In this document: one piece after another, positions 24,607 to 35,100 of the stretch
How positions within the stretch are numbered: the first letter of the stretch is position 1
Layout of the letters: each line of letters starts with the position of its first letter
DNA from: Ascidiella aspersa
Lineage: Eukaryota
DNA length: 64,000 bases
Reading direction: 5' to 3'
Assembly: GCA_963924565.1 (NCBI GenBank)
Contig: OZ004608.1
Coordinates: 33,170,001-33,234,000, forward strand
Notes under the pieces: model-generated
Database searches by the model: none
Seen by the model: the letters and a program-made list of their open reading frames with translations, nothing else
Told to the model about the DNA's origin: nothing
Translations under genes and position numbers: made by a program

Positions 24607-25121
24607 CAGTGGTTTTTAATCGGTGCTCCGCCTTGCAGCAATACTAGGTGAAAGATCTTCGGATGTTTCGCAGTGTTGTAAACAAGTCACTTTGAAATGA
24701 TTTAAATCCAAGTAAAACCTTTTTCAATAAATAACAAGTCAAGTCCCAGTCAAGACATAATTAGAGCAAGTCAATTCCAAGTCAAGTCCTTGGCATACAA
24801 ATTGCACGTTAAGCTAATAAAATTAAGTAAACTTGTCCGATTATGAGCAACAACTCTAATAAAAAAATACTAAAAACCCAATATACAGCAAGCAAATAGT
24901 TTTACGTGCAAAAATTAGGATAAATAAACTTTTTTTTTTTCAAAATGCACAATGAAAACATTTTATTTTAACCCAAGTCATTTTGTTTAAAAGACTTAAG
25001 TTAAGTCATGTTATTTGGAAACAGTGCACTTAAGTGCAATTGAGTCATTACTACATTGGTGTTCCGAAATAAATTTATTTATTTGACTGGAGTTCCATGA
25101 AACACCGGTTGAAAATCATTG
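24607..25121. mobile_element. hAT-like element with a nested family B element (24671-25058)
   Basis: Outer ends CAGTGGTTTTTAATCGG / CCGGTTGAAAATCATTG. Inner element CAGTGTTGTA...TACTACATTG flanked by ATGTTTCG/GTGTTCCG (6/8). Confidence 0.7.
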
Positions 25122-25960
25122 GTTTAACACAATGGTCGTAAGTTGCTTATGTTTTGTAAAAGCCATAGTGATTTGCTCCATTTATTGTTGTGTAATATTA
25201 AACCTCGATTTTATTACTATTGGAAAGTAATTGCGTGGGCCAGTTACTGCTGGATCAACACACGAATAGCCTACAGCTCGAATATCAATTTTGTCCAAAC
25301 AGGCCCACATATCGAACTAGCAAAAAACAGAAAGAGAAAAAGTTGCTGTTGTGTTGTTTAATTTTTTTCTTTATCATAAACTTCTGTATGATGTTCGGTA
25401 AAAACATGTTAATGCATCAGTGTTCTGTTGCTCAAAAAAGGTTGAAAAACAGTGGGTTAAAGTAATGAAGCCCTTATGGCGAAGAACGGAAGTTGTCCAG
25501 GCTTTAAAGAACAATGTCATACTTTACCACAAACAGATTCTTTTTATCCTCCGAGGTATTAACTTTACTTCTGTTCGGAAACAATTTGGAATAAACATCA
25601 ACGTTCACTAGGGTAAACTTGAACAAACTAATTTAAAATTATACAAAGATTTAACCCATTCTTTTCAAAACAAGAGTTCGACCAAATTATAAACGTTTTA
25701 TTATGTACCAAAAGCGGGTAAAACAGTCCTACTGATATACACAATAACCACATTTAACCTTAAATAACGCGTAGACTTGCGTAAGCTAAAGACACATGTC
25801 AATAGTTATGCAAAGTCCAGACCTTGCTTCAAGTGCCCTGTGCCGTCGGACTTAGATAAACACACGTCAGTCTGGTTCCTGACTGTTTTCCATATACATT
25901 CTTGAACAACAAGCCAGCAAGAAGGTTCACCCGGCAGGACTACTAGGAATTAACGGAAAA

Positions 25961-25981
25961 ATGAAAGACACGGTAAAAAAG
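25961..25981 (+). CDS. Mrlc: Candidate alternative first coding exon 1b of MRLC gene 2 (MKDTVKK)
   Basis: AAAATG, 7 codons, consensus donor AAG|GTAAGT at 25982 in phase 0. Inr-like TCAGT at ~25867. Confidence 0.55.
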
Positions 25982-27123
25982 GTAAGTGCTGTGAGGCTAA
26001 TTTAAAGAATTTGACGAAAAACTCTTTTAAGATTTAGAATCAAACAACAAATTTTGCTGTAGGGTAACCAATGTCCCTTAATCCTTTCAGTATTGACAAT
26101 ATTGTAGACAAAGAAGTTTACGTTGTTATATTCAAATTCTCAGTTAGTTTGATGGCAACCTCAACTAATCAAAGGCTGTCCTAACTCCAAATCAAGTTGT
26201 AAAAGATCACTTATTTTAAAGGAATAATAAAATTAGTAAAATGTAGCTTTTAGCGAGAATAATATTTTTGCAATTCGAAAGACTTCCATAAAGTTAATGT
26301 GCTGGAATTTATTATGTATAGTGGCTTTAGAAAGAAAACCAAGAAAAAAATGTTGGCATTCTAAAGATTTTAAACGAAAATCCTCGTTTAACTGTGAGAA
26401 ACGGGTACCAAAAATCTATAAAAAACAGGTACCAAAAATCTATGAAAAAAGTACCAAACTTCGCTGACACTTCTGTCATTACGAATAATCTGGTTGGAAA
26501 ACTATGAGAATAGGATTATAATTAACCTGAACCAAATTATAAACAACTAAACTGGTTTGCTTTTTTCCTATAATTATACAAGCTATAAAGTGTCCGAATT
26601 TTTGTCTTATTTGTTACTCTCCCAGATAATACATTGTTGGAATTAGACTGGTTAATTATTAAAATATTATATGAGGTGACGTTTTGGAGAGCCAAAGCTC
26701 TGTTTTCAAATATACGGATATGTAGGGTTAACTTACTTTTAGAAAGCTTCACTGATACCTAAAGTGAAACTGATAGCCCCTTTTAAAGTAGACACCACTT
26801 TGACACAAAAATACATGGTTTGCCTCGCACAAAGTCCGCGCACAATTGCAATGTGTCAGTTTTTGGGCAAATCCAGACAAAGCACCATCAGAACATCATC
26901 ATCGACAAAGACTCATCAACCGGCCCGTGTCGAAATGTTTATTGTGGCCGATTCGTAACGCGGTTTGCTGACTAAAGCAAACAGCTTGCTCACTGAGCGT
27001 CGGTCGTGAACTTCCGCTCATTACGTCAGCGCAATGCAGTGTGTTTTTTATCAATGAACTGAACGCGCCGGCCGGACCGGACGTTACGTAAAGAGATTGA
27101 ATGACGAATAAGTCGCCTGATGC

Positions 27124-27642
27124 CGAACTTGGACAACTAGATAATTCAAGTTTTCTAATTCAATGAATTAGAACGAAAATGCGTATAATTTCGATTCTTG
27201 TCTAGTTTGTGAGTTGCTTGCGTGCTTTAATTCTACAGTTTTAATCTAATTCGGATTTTTCCAAGATTGCTACTTTGTTCAACGGCATTTTTAGTGATTT
27301 AGTCGAAATAAACATTTTTTGATCGAAACGACTTGTAGGTGATTTTACAATCTGAAAAGCATAGGCCATTGGACACTATAAAACATATAAAAATTAGCAC
27401 ACAAAAAAACACCATTCACTTTTTATAAGAATAAATTGCGATTAACATAAATCGATTGTAAATAATTAAATGTAATTCTAGTTTAATTTTTGGTTTTGAA
27501 GAATTCGGCAACTCTAATTCTAATCTAATTTGAAAAAACAAAAATGATCTTATTCTAATCTAATTTGGAAAAACTGAAATGCTCTAATTCTAATTAGAAT
27601 CTAATTTGAAAACGCTAAAATAAATCTAGTTGTCCAAGTCTA
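27124..27642. mobile_element. Non-autonomous hAT element with TCTAAT subterminal repeats
   Basis: 16-bp inverted repeat ACTTGGACAACTAGAT / ATCTAGTTGTCCAAGT; TSD CCTGATGC/CCTGGTGC (7/8). Confidence 0.85.
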
Positions 27643-28020
27643 CCTGGTGCGAAAGTTTTTTTCAACCGTTAAAAACACGGAGAATTTTCTAACTTTTTTA
27701 AATTTGGTGTAAAAGCATTTTGCAAGCAATGACTTTGAATAACCCTTAACAATCATGAAGTTGACCTGCAGTAAAACACTAAAGTAAAATATAATAGCCA
27801 AGAAACCCGTTTTGATTTATATAACACTTGTCAACTTCATAGTAACAGCTTTTCAACAATTCTAAACATTCAGGTCAAAAAAGAGCCTTGGAAATAAACG
27901 ACATTCATTCCGTGCATAATGAATAATAAAGTCTATACAGAAGTTGGTAGCATTTTGTGAAAGTTTATTTTACCGTACAAATATAGAATTATTCAAAACG
28001 TTGATAAAATTTTGGAGCAT

Positions 28021-28145
28021 AATGGTTGGAGGTTGTAGTAAGACGTAATAAGAATAACAAAACCCATACTGAAGTAGGTGTCATGATACCATGATGTTGG
28101 TCCAGTGCTTCCTATTTTTATATGGGCTTGAACCTCAAGCCATTA
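28021..28145. mobile_element. Internally deleted family A palindromic MITE
   Basis: AATGGTTGGAGGTT...AACCTCAAGCCATT ends; an adjacent partial copy lies at ~27925-28000. Confidence 0.7.
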
Positions 28146-28859
28146 TGCATCGAAAGTAAGAGTGATTCATGAATATTTATTCTTCCTGGGTAAAAGACGA
28201 GAAGTAAATTTCGCTTTCCCCCGAAAATATAGTTTAAAAGAAGCTTTCGGTATTGACATTCACAAACTTACACCGTGAGTTTTGATCAGTTACCCCAAAC
28301 TACTATGACAACTTGGAATTTTTTTTAATAAAGTACTAATGTACCCAAACTAAGAAAAGGAAGAACAATATTGCCGATATAAAGAACCCATAAATGAACA
28401 CACCGTTAGAGAAAACTGTTGTGTATGCCTAATATGACATTTAGCTTAACATATTACTCAGCGATATCGTGAAAAATATCGTGGATATAGAGCCTCGTAA
28501 AATGCATACTGAAAATTGAAACCAAACTTGGTAACTTCAAAGACATAAATATTACGGTGACAACTGTCATTTGCAAAGGCATTAATTTGTACAAAGTATA
28601 ACGCGACCCTTGAATAAAAATTTTAACAAAGGCCAAAGCAGCAAAAAACGCTAACGCCTCCGCCACTCGCGTTATGTATTCCGATAAGGACATGGTCGTA
28701 TCCACACCCGTGAAACACCGGGTCTCTTGGCCCTGCGTAATAGTCAAGGGACTCTGGTGACGCGTAAGAGCCTCCCAGGGGACTAGACGCAGCAGGCTAC
28801 GCTATAGCTGGCCGGGCGATCTCTTTTCATGGATAGCAGCGAACGCTAAGTGGATGCAA

Positions 28860-29095
28860 GGCAGTTGTGCGTATCCAAGCAAAGGCGCCTCGCCCAAATC
28901 CAACAGCTGGATTCCAGGCATCCATAAAAGGATTCAAGAAGCTCGTTGGGATCACGCGTAGCTCTTCCCCCCTGACGGGCGAGCTAAATATAACGCGCGT
29001 TACTTGAGAGACATAGTCGACTGCCACGCTCCCTGTTACTTCTTCGCGACGCGCAGCAACCAGCAGTTATCAGTCTCAAGCTGATAAGCACAAGG
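28860..29095 (+). promoter_or_regulatory. Proximal muscle-type promoter and probable 5' UTR exon of MRLC gene 2
   Basis: E-boxes CAGTTG 28862 and CAGCTG 28904, perfect CArG CCATAAAAGG 28922-28931, MEF2/TATA-like CTAAATATAA 28984-28993, inverted GATA pair TTATCAG/CTGATAAG 29067-29088. Donor GTGAGA at 29096 and acceptor CAG at 29165. Confidence 0.6.
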
Positions 29096-29184
29096 GTGAG
29101 AGTGTCTACCAGTATCGGACCTTGATAGGACAGAACCCTAGTATCTCTTTTTTTACTCTTGTCAGGCAGACTTAATCGACAACA

Positions 29185-32100
29185 ATGGTAAGTGAATGTC
29201 AGGGATAATGTAATGCATAAAGCTTTGTGTTTATTTGCGTGATATCGCTATTGAGAACATAAAATAAAAAGTTGAGAACATAAAATCGGTTTAGACTTTG
29301 GAGAAATGTATGTCCAACCAAGAACATCCATTTATAAGTAAATAACTATTGCTCTTCCAGTGCTTAACCATCTACAATTGGACGATTTAATTACAATTAA
29401 CCAGTTACAATTCGACGATTATGTGTAGCAATATCTAACTTCACAGCCAAATTCTAAGCAAAACTTTAAATCCAAAGGACGTACAATAGACAAAGTATTT
29501 TAAACTATCGACTTAAACTGAAACCATTCTTGTAATCGATCACATTTGAAGCCGAAACGTGGTTTGTTTTTCAGGCCAGTCGCAAAACCAAGAAGAAGGA
29601 AGGAGGAAAGATGAGGTCGCAGCGTGCCACCTCGAACGTCTTCTCCATGTTCGACCAGTCGCAGATCCAGGAGTTCAAAGAAGTAAGTTAAACTATATAC
29701 CGAACACGATCCCCGACGCTTTGCAAAGTAAAGCGATATGAGTCGTTTGCGTTCTAGGAAGCTCATATACACGAACGCCGGTAATGACAATTTACGTGGA
29801 AGTCTCGGCTCTCAAAGGCTTGCTAACATGCGTTTCTGAGATAATAACCATTCACAACTAACATTCACCCCTTTCCCAATTGTTCGTTTGACCCTCCCCT
29901 CCTTACTTATATGTTGGAAATTCACCCATAACTTATAGCAAGTGGTTCTAAACCTGAGGTACACTACAGTGCTACGCAAGCAGATTTCATTTAGGAAAAT
30001 AATAGAACGTGGATAATTACGGAGATGCCGTCTCTTTTTGCCACATCAAATGGGCATAATCTATGTAATTTTTGGCTAGTGTTGATATCGAACCTTTAAA
30101 AAACATTGCTAAATTAGCGCAAATGGTTTCTTTTAAAACCAGGCGGTACGTAACGACAGTAAAAACCCACTGTGGTACGCGGACAGAAAAGATTGAAAAC
30201 AACTGATTTACCAGGTTTAGGGTATAGGTGCTATGTGTAGGGCCAGGGTAAAAGTCCACAATAGCTCATTCCCTATACATAGCGTTGACACTGATCGGTT
30301 GAACCAGGTTCGCCGCATTACATCACTTACACACGAAAAGCATGGGATCGCGGCGGTCGAGCGCGCGCTTAATGTCATTTGAAGGATACCAACAGGTGAC
30401 TGACGACTGCTGAGCGTTGCAGCGGGGAGCCCGAAACCGATTAGCGGGGAATACCGACGGGCGAAACACGGGAACGGGAATTTGCCCAATGATCGATCTT
30501 GCGTCGTGCCGCTTATCGCTGCGGCATAACGGCATAGGTGAAGCGCTCTGCGTTCAACCAGTGGTTTCCAACCGGGGTGCCATTTCTAATGCCCAACGGT
30601 GCCGAGAGATATTTGAAAATCTTTAAGAATGATTTTTGTTCAACTCTTACAACTTTTTGTGTAAGATTAGAGTGATATAAATCCAATTAAAACTTCCTAC
30701 GTTGTGCAGACTTGATGTGTGTTGTTCCAGTTTCGTTTCTTGGGACATTCTAGCGATTTACCTACGGAAATATAGTGTAAGGGTGCCGCGATATATGTAT
30801 TATTTCTTGGTGGTGCCGCAAACATAAAAGGTGGAGAACCACTGGTTTAACAATTGTCACAAACGCTTGCATACGAATGTAATAAATTGGGAAGTAGTTT
30901 TCCAAGTTAAAACCCTGACATTAAACAGTTAATGAGCGTTGTTAGTGGTGCCGCAAGCCATAAAAGGTTAAACGCACGACGCCAACGAGCAAAGACACTT
31001 TCGCCGGAGACTGTAGTGTGTTCCTGCCTGCGGCTTAGGGATTGATTGCTTATTCGCAGCCCTGCCACTATACAGAAGCAGCTCTATACCAGCAGCAAGC
31101 AAGAGCTATAGCGCGCGTTCGAAGGTTGGATAACGTAAACAAGTCGCCGGTGCGCGTGCGGTTGTTTACGTTAGGTGGCGGTGATTCAGGGCGCTCGCGC
31201 TCTCGTCGACGAACGCTGTGGAAGCGCAGTGACAAAGCGAATATTGTGTTTCTTCTTGGAAACGCAGGAGGCCACAATGGCGACGAAGTGATATCCGCCG
31301 GTGCGCGCGCGCGCCGCAGCAAGGCAACGGCCCCGTAAACAATCGACATCATCATCGTATTGTGCTTCTTCTTCTTCTTCTTAGTTTAAAGTTGGCGCCG
31401 CCGCAATGGTCTGCGCTAACGAAATCGCCGATGACGGGTCTTTCGCGCGATTTGGCTTTTGAGTAAACAACAACATGCGCGAGATATGACAGTCGACATC
31501 ATTCCTTTGATTGTTTTTTCTTTTTTGCGAATTGATTGGGCGATGCACGGAGTTTAAAACTCTGCATACATTTCTTGCGATTCGAAACGCAAAATAATTG
31601 TGAGCCAGGCTCTTAATCACGCTAATGTAGGCCGCCAAATTATTTTGGGGGGGCCGTGTAGTAGTTTGCACTAGCGTTTCTCAACCTTTTCTCGCGGAGA
31701 CCCCAATTCTAACCATGTAACAGCGAAACTTAGGCGACCTAAATTCTCTAAAATGAACTTTTTGTAAGTCGACGCAATATCTGAATAGCATTAATAATTT
31801 CGAACTTAATTACTATACGCCATGTCGTCGTAAGTCTCCCGGAGTTTCTCAAATTTTAGCGATATTTAGTCAAAGAACTACTGCAGTCGGGGACCAAACT
31901 ATATCAAGCCGCGACACAATTTCTGAACAGTATGTTGATAAACACTGGTCCAGACAAAAACAACAAGTGGCGAAAAATATTTTTCGAGGCCACAAAATTA
32001 CATTTCGAATTAACCTAAGCATTAGCTGCGTTAAAGTCATGTACAAAACAGATGGAAAATTATAAAGGGCCTGGTCTATGTAGGCGAGATTTCATTTAAT

Positions 32101-35100
32101 TCGATTGCCCTTTAAAAAATAAAAATAGCCAGGTTTAGTTTTCCATCTGTTCCTTCGCCTTTGTTTAGCCCGGGCCGGGTTTAAATGGCAGCCCTTTTGA
32201 AGTCCCCCCGGATTTTTGGCCTGTTTTTTCGGCGTAATTTTGCGGCCGCCGAGTATGTTGGCCACAAAGCGGATTGAGCACGATAGAACGCCGCGTCTTT
32301 AAGTTGAACAAACGGCACGAAACGCGGACAGGAGAACATAGGAGACTGATGACACACATTTGAACTGGGATGGGGCTCAAACCGAAGGAAAGACGCCAAC
32401 GTCCTTTTTCCTTAGTGCAAAAAGGAACCGACGCGATTTTTCTTGAAACCTTACGAATTCGGCAAAACTATTGAAAAACACCTAGCACGTTTGAGCGTTT
32501 TGGAACAGCTGTATACGGGAACGTACTGCTATGTTTTACCGTATATTTAAAGTAATTAAATTCAATAAAAAAGGTAAAACAACAACTGAACATATAGAAA
32601 CTCGAACGTTATGTTTGATTCTTTAACAAACATCAATGATTTATTAAATGTATTTTTCAAAAAAAAACAATCCTAGGGAAGTTTAGTAAAATAGCTGGAG
32701 CTTTTAAACGAACGTTTTAAGGTGCAATTAAACATTACCCGACGGCTGCGGCAGAAAAAATATCAATATAAACCGACTTACGAAAGCTCTAAAATATTTT
32801 TTTTACACACAGGCCTTCACTATGGTTGATGCGAACAGGGATGGCTTCATAGACAAGGAGGATCTGGCTGACACCTACGCCTCTTTAGGTACGTGCTTTC
32901 ACCATTGGTGTAGACGTTTTTTTCATTCTGGTATATAGACTTTCTCCGCAGTCAGACTGTGTTATTGTTCTATCATTGAACAGCGATATAATCCTGCTAT
33001 AATCTGAACGCTTTAGTATTTAAGAAACCGTTAACAAACATTAAAACGTAGAATAAAAACTCTTTCATATTTCTGATCATCTGGAGAATTAATACCCGTC
33101 TTAACTTTTAGTTTTTTGTAATGTTGTTAATAAAAGTCCAAAGAATAACTTTTCTACTAGATAAGTTAATTTCGATAACTAAAGGTATGACTTACTTTTA
33201 AACAGTTTTATTTTACACGTCTTTTAATGAGGCTTACTCAAGCCCAATAGATTTGATTTAAAAATATGCTTCACACATTTTTAACACGTTGATTTGACAA
33301 CGAAATCGCAGAATAAATTACAACATCGCAGGTTTTCTAAATTGAAATCCTTTTCTACAGAAGTAAGCGTTTTCGAAAACTCCAGAACGAAGGTTTAAAT
33401 ACCTATACAATTTACAAAATAGGCGTGTTGGGTTCTGTCGACGAAGCGTGTTAAGTTAGACGACATGCAGAAGTCGCATTCGTTTATAAACTCCTGTAAA
33501 CTGAATACCGAGGTGTACGTATAAGGTTTGGGTCAAGAGTGCAGGCGTTCATACGGGGATTACGTAAGCCGCCTTCGCGCTATTGGTCGGCCGGTTATTG
33601 CAGCTGTCAGGAATAGCGCGCCTGTTCTGCTAGTATAACCGACACCGCTCATCGTAAAATGAACGCGTATCGGCCCATCGCTGTGCAGGCCCATACAGGC
33701 AGCCGCTAAAGACACTGATTATGCCTTTTAGTTGGCAAAACGCATATTTTATATCTTCGTTTCTCAAGATATTTAAAAAAATTAAAACTTCTATCGTCGG
33801 CATTATGTGTTCTGTTTGCGGGCAAGATTTTGTTGTGGAAAAACATAGTAAGTCGCCTTGACTTTATTTTAAACCGAATTTCATAACCGTGTTCTTTTTT
33901 TCCCGGAGGGTAGGCCACACAGTTAGAGGCGAATCCTCCATGTGGCTATTTTCCAACTCAATTGGCGAGAAACCTCGTTTATATTGAATTGATTTAAGGC
34001 ATACACGAAATATAGCCTTTAGAAACGCGCTGGGACAAACTCGATGCCAAATTCTCTTTATCCACCTTTTAATATGAGCCCGTGTCAATAAGAGCCGGTC
34101 AAACTAAAAGCAGCCGCATAAACAGGCTTTAACCGAGGCCCGCTTTAAAACAGCCGCCTATAAACTTACAATTTGGCAGACGCGGGCTAGAGCTCACATG
34201 TAATTGAGTTTATGGTAAAAAACAGACAAATACGGCTATAGCCAAGTAATGTCTTGTCTTGCTATTTCAAATATACTTGCCAACCTTTAGTTACAAATTA
34301 CGGATGCCTTTCAAAGGAAACCGGTCTGCATTTAAACAGCCGCCTATAAACTTACAATTTAGCAGTTTTATTGTAAAGAAACTTTTATTGTTCTTTCTAA
34401 TGCTTTGCCAAAAAATAAAAACTCATAATGGAGAATCTTTAAATGAAAATACTGTTGCTGCCATGCATTGTTTCAATTGTAAAATTGTTTTTCCGACACA
34501 ATTTTATTAAAGTACAAACGTTACGATTACCTATTCGGGCAATCTTTTTCAGGGCAATATTAATCCTTTACGGAAATGCGTTTTAATGGAAACCGGTCCG
34601 CTTTACAAGACATTTTAGGCTCACGCGCTATAGAGCTCGTGTATTTTCTTAAGGTTCGCCGTCTTGTTTGTTTAACGCGTGTCTTGCACGAGGGCGGCAC
34701 TACCGGCGTGACGTCACACAAGATAAAGCGGGTTCGGAATAATAACTCGGGCCGTGACGTGTCGTGACGTAACAAACGGTGGCGGGGTGCGTTCGGTTGT
34801 GACGTTGTCTGTACAGGAAGGGAAATGTTCGGGGTTGGTGAAAAGGATCTGCGATAATTGCGATGGGTGAGGTTTAGTTGGGCGTTTGCGCGCGCGTGTG
34901 TGTGTCTACGTGCGTGCGTGCGCACGTGTGTGTGTGTGTGTGTTTATGAAGTGAGAAAATAGGGGCAAAATCATCGGAAATCTACAACATTGTATCACAA
35001 AAGTAACCCCATAGAGCTACACTGAATTTTCAAAAACACACCTTTTTGAATTTCCAAGTTGGTAAAAAGCATCAGGAGCTTTATGTCTTAGCGGCGAATC

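Noticed and set aside
31250-31465. Acceptor-plus-ATG motifs inside MRLC2 intron 2 (ATG ~31277 and 31406) as further alternative starts
   Set aside because: Both frames hit stops quickly ([22 protein letters not shown]) and have no convincing in-phase donor.
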